64,000 bases of DNA, taken from assembly GCA_021819135.1 (NCBI GenBank), contig JAKASE010000009.1, positions 15,408-79,407 of the forward strand, in the 5' to 3' direction. This DNA comes from Thermoplasmata archaeon (GTDB lineage: Archaea; Thermoplasmatota; Thermoplasmata; Lutacidiplasmatales; UBA184). The notes under the pieces were generated by a model. It saw only the letters and a program-made list of their open reading frames with translations, made no database searches and had not been told where the DNA came from. Below are positions 55,892-64,000 of the stretch, piece by piece. Position numbers and translations under genes: made by a program. Position 1 is the stretch's first letter; every line of letters begins with the position of its first letter.

Positions 55892-57010
55892 ATGGCGTCC
55901 GCTCCCTTCGTGGCGCTCGCGAGCGCCCTGGTCGAGGCCATGGGTCAGCGCCTCGACGCGGCGAAGCCGACCGAGGAGGGGCTCGTGCTCCGGACCGGGG
56001 ACGGCTTCCTGTACGCGTTCCTCGAGGACCCGACGCGGGTCTCCCTCGAGACGATCCGTCACCTCTTCGAAAGCGGCGACGGACTGCCGGCCCACCTGGT
56101 CGTCCTGACCCCGGGTCATCTCCCGCTCGCGATCTCCCAGGACGTCGTCCGACGCGGCGGGACGCTCATCGAGGGGGCCCGCTTCTCCGAGCTGGCCCGA
56201 CAGCTCGGCCTCGAGACCTATCTCGGCGAGGAGCCCCGGGTCCCCCCGAAGGTCGACCGCCGGCTCCTGCCGAGCGCCCAGCTGCTCGATGCGATCGTGC
56301 TCCGCGCCCGGACCTGGCTCGACTGGGGGGTCCCGGCCCTCGCGCTCCGGTTCTATCGGCAGGCGAGCGAGCTCAAGCCGGAGTTCCTGCCGGCGCGGAC
56401 CGGGATCGGCCGATCGCTGCTTGCCCTCGGCCTCGTGAACGATGCGGACCGGATCTTCGACGAGGTCCTCGCCGCCCGACCCGAGGACGTCGACGGACGG
56501 ATGGGCAAGGCGGCGGTCCTCGGAGCCCGCGCGCAACCGCTCAAGGAGGTCGAGCTGTACCGCGAACTCCTCGCGGAGGACGAGGCCCGCACGGAGGTGC
56601 GCGCCCATCTCCTCGCCGCCCTGGTCGACCTAAGAGACTGGCGGGGGGCCCGGGTGGAGATCGAGGCGCTCCTGTCGCGCACTCCTGAGGATTCCCAGCT
56701 GCGGTTCCTGCACGCCGTTGCCCTGAGCGAGACCGGTGAGAAGGCCCTCGGGGAGGAGGAGCGGCTCGAGGCGAGGCGCCTCGGACTTCCCTACGAGCGA
56801 GAGTCCGCGCTCTGCCAGCATCTCGGACTGCCTACCCCGCCCCGACCCGAAGCGACGCCCGCCCCGACCGCGTCCACGGCGAAGGTAGCCGTCCGAGCGG
56901 AGAGGGCCCCCGCGACGCCCCTCGCCCGGTCGCGCCCCACCCGCCGCGGGCCCGCCGTACGCTCCCGCGGCAAACGACGACGCCGGTCCGTGCCCCGCAA
57001 AGGTAAGTAG
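55892..57010 (+). CDS. TPR-repeat protein with uncharacterised N-terminal alpha/beta domain
   Basis: TPR-like helical repeats from about aa 130; basic C-terminal tail. Confidence 0.7.
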   Translation: MASAPFVALASALVEAMGQRLDAAKPTEEGLVLRTGDGFLYAFLEDPTRVSLETIRHLFESGDGLPAHLVVLTPGHLPLAISQDVVRRGGTLIEGARFSELARQLGLETYLGEEPRVPPKVDRRLLPSAQLLDAIVLRARTWLDWGVPALALRFYRQASELKPEFLPARTGIGRSLLALGLVNDADRIFDEVLAARPEDVDGRMGKAAVLGARAQPLKEVELYRELLAEDEARTEVRAHLLAALVDLRDWRGARVEIEALLSRTPEDSQLRFLHAVALSETGEKALGEEERLEARRLGLPYERESALCQHLGLPTPPRPEATPAPTASTAKVAVRAERAPATPLARSRPTRRGPAVRSRGKRRRRSVPRKGK

Positions 57011-57039
57011 CCCCGCTCCGCCTCGACGGGCGGGTCCCG

Positions 57040-57957
57040 ATGGAGCCTCGTCGCGTCGTCTCCGTGCTTCCGAGCGCCACCGAGATCATGTACGCTCTCG
57101 GGCACGGGTCCGAACTGGTCGGACGGAGCGCGGAGTGCGATTTCCCGGCGGAAACCTACGGGCTCCCGGTCGTGATGCGGCCGCGTACGCTCTATGGCGA
57201 CCGGCCGTCGCGGGAGATCGATCGGCGGGTTCGCGAGGTCCGGGGGAGCGGCAGGAGCCTCTACACGCTGGACGTGGGACTCCTCCGCCGTCTCCGACCC
57301 GACGTTCTCCTGACCCAGGACCTGTGCGGGGTCTGCTCGGTGACCGACGAAGAGGTCGCGGAAGCCTGCGCGCAGGCCGGGGTCCGGCCCGAGATCGTAT
57401 CCCTGAGCCCGACGCGCCTCTCCGAGGTCTGGTCGACCTTCGAACGGGTCTCCCGGGCGATCGGGGATCCGGCCGCCGGCCGACGACTCGGGGCCGCGGT
57501 GCGAGCGAAGCTGCCCCCGGCCCCGGGGACCTCCACGCGGCCCTCGGTCGCCGTCGTCGAGTGGCTCGATCCCCCGATCCTCTCCGGACTCTGGACCCCG
57601 GATATCATCGCGGCCGGAGGGGGTTCCCCCCTCGGCCCCCGCCCCGGCGCGGTGGCGGAGCGCACCACGTGGGAGCGGATCGCCGACCAGCCCCCCGAGC
57701 TCCTGGTGCTGAGCCCATGCAGCTTCCCGGTCGAGCGCACCCGTCGCGAACTCCGTGACCCCGAGATCCTCCGGCGTCTCTCCCAGGTCGCTCCTCCGAA
57801 GGGGGTGATCCTCGCGGACGAGGCGTACTTCAGTCGGCCCGGGCCCCGGCTCGCCGAGGGCGTTCGCCTGATCCACGCTCTTCTCCGGGGGGACACGAGT
57901 TCCCTGCCGATGCCGGCCGAGCGCTGGACCGATCCGCGCGGGGGGCGGGCCGCGTGA
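57040..57957 (+). CDS. Cobalamin/Fe-siderophore-type substrate-binding protein (BtuF-like)
   Basis: RVVS.LPSATEI, ECDFP, TQDLCGVC, EWLDP and FSRPGPRL. Confidence 0.85.
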   Translation: MEPRRVVSVLPSATEIMYALGHGSELVGRSAECDFPAETYGLPVVMRPRTLYGDRPSREIDRRVREVRGSGRSLYTLDVGLLRRLRPDVLLTQDLCGVCSVTDEEVAEACAQAGVRPEIVSLSPTRLSEVWSTFERVSRAIGDPAAGRRLGAAVRAKLPPAPGTSTRPSVAVVEWLDPPILSGLWTPDIIAAGGGSPLGPRPGAVAERTTWERIADQPPELLVLSPCSFPVERTRRELRDPEILRRLSQVAPPKGVILADEAYFSRPGPRLAEGVRLIHALLRGDTSSLPMPAERWTDPRGGRAA

Positions 57958-58667
57958 CGGGCCGTCCGAACTACTACTACACGTGGACGACGAGCCGACC
58001 GGCGGTCGCCCGGGTCTCGACCTCGCGGACCGAGCTCCTCCACATCGGGCTCGCGTTCCTCGTGCTGACGGTCGACCTGGTCATCATCCTCGGAGGCGGC
58101 GGCCTTCTCCTGCGGTCCAGCAGCGGCGGCTTCTTCAGCCTCGTTTCTCCCATCGAGATCCTGGCCGCGGCCACCGCGGTACTGACGGGTTTCCTCTGCC
58201 ACGAGCTCGCGCACAAGGTCTACGCCCAACGCCATGGCTTCTGGGCGGAGTTCCGGATGTCGCCATCCGGGCTCCTGTTCTCGTTCCTCACTTCGCTCGT
58301 CGGGTTCATCTGGGCCGTTCCGGGGGCGACCGTTGTCAGCGGGATGAGCGAGTACGACCGGAAGAACTGGGGTCGGACGAGCCTGGCCGGGCCGGTCACG
58401 AACGCGGTATTCGGCCTCGGCTTCTACGCCGCGGCCGCCGCGACGTACCTCGGCCACTCGGGCATCTACCCCTGGCTCATCCTGCTCGCCTGGTTCAACG
58501 GCTGGTTCGCGACGTTCAACCTCTTCCCGATCGGCCCGCTCGACGGGGCGAAGGTGCGACGGTGGAACGCCGGGATCTGGATCGCCTCCCTGGTGGCGTT
58601 CGGGGTCTTTACCGGAATCACGACCGCGGTCCTCTACGGCTATCTGACCCCGCTTCTTGGCCGGTGA
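57954..58667 (+). CDS. Site-2 protease / M50 membrane metallopeptidase
   Basis: HELAH, AGPVTN and FNLFP..PLDG. Confidence 0.92.
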   Translation: MTGRPNYYYTWTTSRPAVARVSTSRTELLHIGLAFLVLTVDLVIILGGGGLLLRSSSGGFFSLVSPIEILAAATAVLTGFLCHELAHKVYAQRHGFWAEFRMSPSGLLFSFLTSLVGFIWAVPGATVVSGMSEYDRKNWGRTSLAGPVTNAVFGLGFYAAAAATYLGHSGIYPWLILLAWFNGWFATFNLFPIGPLDGAKVRRWNAGIWIASLVAFGVFTGITTAVLYGYLTPLLGR

Positions 58668-58675
58668 GCCAGAGC

Positions 58676-59605
58676 ATGACGCGACCGTCCGTACGCGAGC
58701 TGGGAGAGGGCCGACAGCTGCTGGATCTCGACTTTAGGGACGCGGAGGGGCTGATCGCCGCCTATCTAGTGCCCGCCGCGGACGGCTGGATCCTTATCGA
58801 GACCGGGCCCACGACCTGTCGGGACGCCCTGCTCGCCGCGATCGATCGCGCGGGCGTCGGGCGGGAGGAGATCCGGAAGGTCTTCGTCACGCACATCCAT
58901 CTCGACCACGCGGGGGGGATGGGGGCGCTCGCCGAGGCGCTTCCCCGGGCGACCTTCTATGCGCACGAGCTCGGTGTCCCGCATCTGGTCGATCCCACCC
59001 GTCTGATCTCGAGCGCGCGGCGCGCCTGGGGCCCGGCCTCCGATACGCTTTGGGGGACGATCGTGCCGGTGCCCGCGGCCCGGGTGGTCGCGCTCCGGGG
59101 AGGCGAGCGCTTTCCCCTGAAGGACGGCGAGCTCTCGGTCCTCGCCACCCCCGGGCACGCCCGCCACCATCTCGCCTTCTTCGACTCCCGGATCCGCGGG
59201 ATCTTCACGGGGGACGGAGCCGGCGTGCGCCTTCAGTCCGGCCGTCGCCTCCGCCCGGCGGTGCCGCCTCCGGACCTTGACCTCGACCAGCTCTACGCGA
59301 GCGTCGACGCGATGCGCCGGACCGACCCCCGTCTCGTCCTCTTCAGCCACTTCGGGCCGAGCCCGGAGGGGGTTGCGGACCTCGAACGGTACCGCGGGGT
59401 CGTCGAGTCCTGGCGGGAGGTCGCGCTCGCCGCGGCCCGAGAGCGGCCGGAGGTCGCGTACATCACCGAACGTCTCCGCGCGTTCGACGAGTCGTCGCAC
59501 GAGGGGATCTCAGCGGATGACCGGGAGTCCCTCATCTCGGGGTACGAGCTCGCCGCGGGGGGCTTCCTCCGGTACTTCGAGACCCACGGACTGATCGGCC
59601 GGTGA
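58676..59605 (+). CDS. Metallo-beta-lactamase-fold hydrolase
   Basis: THIHLDHAGG, TPGHA.HH, FTGD and HFG. Confidence 0.92.
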   Translation: MTRPSVRELGEGRQLLDLDFRDAEGLIAAYLVPAADGWILIETGPTTCRDALLAAIDRAGVGREEIRKVFVTHIHLDHAGGMGALAEALPRATFYAHELGVPHLVDPTRLISSARRAWGPASDTLWGTIVPVPAARVVALRGGERFPLKDGELSVLATPGHARHHLAFFDSRIRGIFTGDGAGVRLQSGRRLRPAVPPPDLDLDQLYASVDAMRRTDPRLVLFSHFGPSPEGVADLERYRGVVESWREVALAAARERPEVAYITERLRAFDESSHEGISADDRESLISGYELAAGGFLRYFETHGLIGR

Positions 59606-60867
59606 GCGACCCCGCCCCGCTCGACCGCACGCGTCGGCGGGAGGCGGCGACCACGCTCCTGCTCGCCCGCATCGTCTACGCGTTCAACTGGTACAACATC
59701 GGAGGGCTCTCGGTCCCGCTCGCCGCCACGATCGGGGTGACCACCTTCGAGTTCGGGGTCGTGCTCGGGGCGTTCCTGATCGGCGCCGGGCTCTTCCAGG
59801 TCCCCGCCGGCTTGGCCGCCCTCCGGTGGGGGAACCGCGCGACCTCCCTGTTCGCGCTCGTCCTCATGGGCGGCTTCTCCCTCGCCTCGGCATTCTCCCC
59901 GAACTGGATCGTCCTCGCCGCCTTCCGCTTCGGTGCGGGCGCGGGAGCCGCGTTCTTCTTCGCGCCGGCGCTCGGGCTCATCGCGTCGTACTACCCCTCG
60001 GGAAGTCGGGGTCCGATCATCGGGCTCTACAACTCCGGGTTCAGCATCGGCTCCGGCATCGGCCTCTTCGGCGGCGCCCTGATCGGCGCCAGCTACGGCT
60101 GGCCCCTTGCCCTCGCGGTCGGAGGGATCGGGCTCCTCGTGATGGCGGCCATCGGACCGTTCACCCTGCCGCGAGGGGCAGGACGGGTAGCGCTCCCGTC
60201 GTTCCGCCGTCTCTGGAACGACGCGGCGGCGCCGATCTTCCGGTCCCGATCGATCTGGGCCCTCGCCCTCGCGGTATCGGGGCTGTGGGCGGCGTACTAC
60301 GTGGCGGCGCAGTACTTCATCGCCTTCGCAAGCGCGGTCCATCCGGGTTGGTCGGTCGCCGTGGCAGCGGCCGTACCGGTGGTCATGATCATCCTCGAGG
60401 TCCCGGGCGGCCCCATCGGGGGGTGGATCGGCGAGCGGGCCGTCTCGATGCGGCTCGTCCTCCTCGTATGGGGGGTGGTGTCGGCCGTGGGGATCTTCGC
60501 GATCCCGCTTCTCGGACTGCCGGGTCTCCTGGCCCTTTTCGGGTTCCTCGGTTTCGCGGACGGGGTCGTCTTCGCGGTCCTCTACCTGATCCCGTCGTAC
60601 CTTCCAGAGTCGCGAGGGGAGACGCTCGCGCTCGGCCTCGCGTTCGTGAACTCGATCCAGATCTTCCTTGGGAGTCTGCTCGCGATCGTCTTCGGCTACA
60701 TCGCGGGGATGTGGGGCTACGAGGCCGCCTGGTGGTTCGCGGGCGTCATCGCACTCGCCCCGCTCCCCCTCCTCGCGTGGGTGAGCGGTCGGGGCGGCGA
60801 CGCGACGTACGTCCGCGCCCGGGCGCGGGGACCCCGGGGCGTGCGGGCTCCGAGTCGACCAATGTGA
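59602..60867 (+). CDS. MFS transporter
   Basis: About 12 hydrophobic segments and motif-A-like G..A.RWG.R. Confidence 0.88.
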   Translation: MSDPAPLDRTRRREAATTLLLARIVYAFNWYNIGGLSVPLAATIGVTTFEFGVVLGAFLIGAGLFQVPAGLAALRWGNRATSLFALVLMGGFSLASAFSPNWIVLAAFRFGAGAGAAFFFAPALGLIASYYPSGSRGPIIGLYNSGFSIGSGIGLFGGALIGASYGWPLALAVGGIGLLVMAAIGPFTLPRGAGRVALPSFRRLWNDAAAPIFRSRSIWALALAVSGLWAAYYVAAQYFIAFASAVHPGWSVAVAAAVPVVMIILEVPGGPIGGWIGERAVSMRLVLLVWGVVSAVGIFAIPLLGLPGLLALFGFLGFADGVVFAVLYLIPSYLPESRGETLALGLAFVNSIQIFLGSLLAIVFGYIAGMWGYEAAWWFAGVIALAPLPLLAWVSGRGGDATYVRARARGPRGVRAPSRPM

Positions 60868-62257
60868 CCAGGTTCGTGGGTCGCCCTTCGACCGGATACC
60901 CCGCCGTCAGGACGATCGGGCCCGACTCCCCGATCCGGCTATGGACGATCAGCTCGGCGGCCCGCGTCCGTAGCTCCACGAGGTCCCGGTGCACCGGGGC
61001 CGGGAGCGAGATCACGCCGCCCACCAGCGCGAGCCTCCTCCGGGTCGCTCCCGAGTTGGAGAGGGCGACGACCGGGCACGCCGGCCGGAGCCGGGCCACC
61101 AGCCGGGCGGTCCGACCCGAATGCGTGGGGGTGACGATCGCCCGGGCCCGCACGCCCTCGGCCAGTCGGACCGCCGCGCCCGCCACCGACCGTTCGGTCT
61201 CGGTCGACGGGCGGATGTCGAGATCACGGACCAGGCGAGGATCGAAGGCGCCCTCGGTGGCCCGGGCGATCCGGTCGAGCCAGCGGACCGCGTCGGCCGG
61301 GTAGGAGCCTACCGCGCTCTCCTCGCTCAGCATCACCGCGTCCGCCCCGTCGAGGACCGCGTTCGCGACGTCGGTCGCCTCGGCCCGGGTCGGTCGTGGT
61401 GCGTGCATCATCGACAGGAGCATCTGGGTCGCGACGATCACGAACCTCCCGGAGAGGTTCGCTTTCCGGACGAGGTTCTTCTGTTCGAGCGCGAGGCGCT
61501 CGAGGGGGACCTCGATCCCGAGATCGCCCCGCGCCACCATGATCCCGTCTGCCGCGTCGAGGATCGCGTCGATCGACCGGAGCGCCTCCGCGCGCTCGAT
61601 CTTCGCGATCAACCCCACCTCGGCCCCGTGGGGCTGGCGCTTGAGCCAGGAACGGACCTCGTCGAGATCGCGGCGGTCCCGCACGAACGACAACGCGAGG
61701 TAGTCGATCCCTTCCGCGAGCCCGAGCTCGGCGTCGTGCCGGTCCTTCTCCCCGAACACGGAGGTGCGGAGGTGGGCGCGCGGAAGGAACAGGCCCGCAT
61801 GGGAGGTCACGGTCCCGCCGTTCAGCACACGGGCCTCGATTGCCCCCGGCCGCGCCCGGACCACGGCCAGCGACACGCTCCCGTCGCCCAGGAGGACGGG
61901 GTCGCCCGGCTTGGCGCTCCGCTCGAACGACGGGATCTGGACGCCGACCCGACGGTCGTCCCCGGGCGTTGGGTCCTCATCGAGCACCCAGAGCCGTCCG
62001 GACTGAAGACGCACCGTTCCTCCGGCGAGCTCCCCGATACGGATCTTCGGTCCCTGGACGTCCCCGACGATCGCGATCTCGTGATCCGTGCGACCGACCG
62101 CTGCTCGGATGCGACGGATCAGGGTGCGGTGCTCATCGTCGGTACCGTGCGAGAAGTTCACACGAAAGGCATCCGCACCGCCATCGATCAGCTCCCGGAG
62201 GCGATCGACCGAGTCGGTCGCCGGACCGACGGTCGCGAGGATCTTGGTTCGTCGCAC
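60746..62257 (-). CDS. pyk: Pyruvate kinase
   Basis: RRTKILATVGP, NFSHG, GPKIR, AKIE, MVARGDLG, ATQML.SM and DAVMLS; GTG start at 62257. Confidence 0.96.
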   Translation of the reverse strand: MRRTKILATVGPATDSVDRLRELIDGGADAFRVNFSHGTDDEHRTLIRRIRAAVGRTDHEIAIVGDVQGPKIRIGELAGGTVRLQSGRLWVLDEDPTPGDDRRVGVQIPSFERSAKPGDPVLLGDGSVSLAVVRARPGAIEARVLNGGTVTSHAGLFLPRAHLRTSVFGEKDRHDAELGLAEGIDYLALSFVRDRRDLDEVRSWLKRQPHGAEVGLIAKIERAEALRSIDAILDAADGIMVARGDLGIEVPLERLALEQKNLVRKANLSGRFVIVATQMLLSMMHAPRPTRAEATDVANAVLDGADAVMLSEESAVGSYPADAVRWLDRIARATEGAFDPRLVRDLDIRPSTETERSVAGAAVRLAEGVRARAIVTPTHSGRTARLVARLRPACPVVALSNSGATRRRLALVGGVISLPAPVHRDLVELRTRAAELIVHSRIGESGPIVLTAGYPVEGRPTNLVTLVDSEPARPGVPAPGRGRTSRRRPDRSPTRGGGAGRVR

Positions 62258-62336
62258 GCCCGCCGTAGGCCCCCCGGCCTTATAGTCCGGTGACCCGGGG
62301 GGAGCTATTTGTAATCCGAACCCTCGTCCCGCCGAT

Positions 62337-62409
62337 AGCCCCGTGGTGTAGAGGCCAAGCATGCCGGCCTTTGGAGCCGGCGACAGCGGTTCGAATCCGC
62401 TCGGGGCTA
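62337..62409 (+). tRNA. tRNA-Gln(TTG)
   Basis: AGCCCCG/CGGGGCT acceptor stem, CCGGC-CTTTGGA-GCCGG anticodon arm, GGTTCGAATCC T-loop; CCA not encoded. Confidence 0.96.
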
Positions 62410-62443
62410 CAATTAAAATAATGTCGAGACGCTAGGTCTTACG

Positions 62444-62665
62444 ATGGCGACCGACCGGATGACGTCCATCTCCGTCCATGCTTCCACGCTACGAATGCTC
62501 CAGCCGTTCAAGAAGGGAGACATGACCTGGGACGATGTGCTGATCGACTTCATTGAGGAGCACGTTCCGAAGGAGTTCGTCCGGGCAATGATTCGAGAAG
62601 CCGAGAAGGGTCCCGGCATCCCTTTCGACCAAGTGTACGAGGAGCACGTTCGTCGGAGGCGCTAA
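62444..62665 (+). CDS. Putative antitoxin (RHH-like N-terminus)
   Basis: TSISV..ST..ML..FK...TWDDVL; directly upstream of a RelE-like gene. Confidence 0.7.
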   Translation: MATDRMTSISVHASTLRMLQPFKKGDMTWDDVLIDFIEEHVPKEFVRAMIREAEKGPGIPFDQVYEEHVRRRR

Positions 62666-62668
62666 CGC

Positions 62669-62953
62669 TTGCCTATCGTGGAGATGAGCCACGAGGCGAG
62701 GCGCCAGTTCCTATTGTTGCCCCCCGAGATTGCGGACCAGTTCAAAGAGCTCGCCGACCACCTGAAGGAGAACCCCCACCGCCTTCCGCCGTGGTGCGAG
62801 GTGAAGGCCATCGGACGAGAGGGTGCGAAGGAGGTCTTCCGTGCCCGAGTCGGGGAGTACCGTGCGACCTACGTGTTCGACGGTCACACGGTCCGCTTCA
62901 CTCGCTTCCGATTGCGGAGAGATATCGGCTACTCTGTCCTACCAAAGTCGTAG
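62669..62953 (+). CDS. RelE/ParE-family toxin
   Basis: 94 aa; LKENP, FRARVGEYR.TY and R.R.DI.Y. Confidence 0.8.
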   Translation: MPIVEMSHEARRQFLLLPPEIADQFKELADHLKENPHRLPPWCEVKAIGREGAKEVFRARVGEYRATYVFDGHTVRFTRFRLRRDIGYSVLPKS

Positions 62954-63045
62954 GTCAGTTCTCTCTGCGCCCGCGACGAAAGTCCCCCTCACTTCACCGC
63001 TCTTCCACCGACGGATGCCCCCGGGAGTCTGCGCCAAAAGTGCTC

Positions 63046-63999
63046 CTAATGAGCCCACGGTAGGACCACACGGTAAACCTCCACGGGGCCCTGCAGTCCC
63101 TTCAGGATCGTCGGCGGAAGTCTCTCGAGAGGGTTGGTCAACTTGTTCCGGACCTCCTCCCGGACGGCCCCCGAGACACAGATCCCTCCGGCTTCGGCGA
63201 CCGGCTCGATCCGGGCGGCGACATTCACGGCGTCGCCTACAATGTCGCTGCCCTGCTGGACGACGTCTCCCAGATGAACCCCAATTCGAATCTGTATCGG
63301 GGTCACTCGAGGGGCCTTATTCCGCTCGAAAATTCGCCGCTGAACCTCGATGGCGCACCGAGTCGCTTCTAGTGCGCTCCCGAACTCGATCAGGAGGCCG
63401 TCGCCGGTCGACTTGATCTCACGTCCGTGAAAATCTAGTACGAGTGGCCGAATCAGATCCTGCTGCTGGCGAAGCATCTCGAGCGCGTGAGCTTCGTCGC
63501 GGTGTGTTGACTCGGTGAAGCCAACCGTGTCCGTGAACATGATCGCGGCCAGTCGTCTGCCCTCGGGCGAGGCTGTAGTGGCACAAATGGCGACCTCGCC
63601 GTTGGCCTTCAGCTGCAGCCGCTGCCATCGGGAGTCGAAGGTCTTTCCCCTTAACGCGCGAATTCGGAGGAACCGTTCAACGCGACCGCCGACCTCTTCA
63701 CTCTTGAAATCGATGATTCCGTCGCAGAGGGCCTCGAACTTCGTGTAGAACGACTCGGACGCGATGCCCCTTGGGAATGCCAGGAAGTGCGGACACTCTC
63801 GGGCCCGGATGGCGGGAAGGATCGCCGTCCGCCACGCGTCGATACAGGTCTTCTCGTCATTGTACTGGAGAAAGATGCCGGTATTGTCGTCAAGGTGAAG
63901 CCAGCCTTTCTCCTCTGGCGGATAGCCGGCCTTGGTCCGCTCGATCCATCGCGCGGCTCCCTGAACGATGTCCAGCGGATTTTCATGAGTTTCTTCCCA
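63046..63999 (-). CDS. Divergent KaiC/RAD55-like domain fused to class III adenylate cyclase (5' end outside window)
   Basis: Frame is open from the window end: ...WLHLDDNT...FEALCDGIIDFKSEEVGGRVERFLRIRALRGKTFDSRW...RRLAAIMFTD...KSTGDG...GDAVNVAAR...LPWAH*. Confidence 0.8.
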   Translation of the reverse strand, partial: WEETHENPLDIVQGAARWIERTKAGYPPEEKGWLHLDDNTGIFLQYNDEKTCIDAWRTAILPAIRARECPHFLAFPRGIASESFYTKFEALCDGIIDFKSEEVGGRVERFLRIRALRGKTFDSRWQRLQLKANGEVAICATTASPEGRRLAAIMFTDTVGFTESTHRDEAHALEMLRQQQDLIRPLVLDFHGREIKSTGDGLLIEFGSALEATRCAIEVQRRIFERNKAPRVTPIQIRIGVHLGDVVQQGSDIVGDAVNVAARIEPVAEAGGICVSGAVREEVRNKLTNPLERLPPTILKGLQGPVEVYRVVLPWAH

Positions 64000-64000
64000 G

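Noticed and set aside
63046-63540. Truncated cyclase pseudogene
   Set aside because: The frame continues upstream without a stop, so it is the C-terminal domain of a larger fusion protein

Overview
Gene-dense, very GC-rich archaeal chromosome segment. Archaeal markers include rpl44e, rps27e, aIF2-alpha, nop10, Trm56, Nop5/fibrillarin, GINS, prefoldin alpha/beta, Pcc1, rpl15e and rplX; gene content is most consistent with a non-methanogenic Thermoplasmata, which is an inference. (1) 1-13 kb: hypDCF divergent from an operon encoding a soluble HdrC/CCG Fe-S oxidoreductase, EtfBA, HdrA, the MvhDGA (group 3c) [NiFe] hydrogenase, a maturation protease and HypA, with no standalone hdrB/hdrC. (2) 13-62 kb: mostly housekeeping genes, with an orphan VirD4/HerA-like ATPase followed by three KaiC/RAD55-family genes, an apparently inactivated full-length IS630-derived ORF, a PP-loop-less ThiI and a GNAT plus NSAR/OSBS pair. 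(3) 62.3-64 kb: tRNA-Gln(TTG) followed by a lower-GC stretch with a RelBE-like toxin-antitoxin pair and a KaiC-like domain fused to a class III adenylate cyclase; the ORF track shows only the cyclase half of this fusion. No CRISPR array or rRNA was seen. All calls come from motif recognition by eye; no searches were run.
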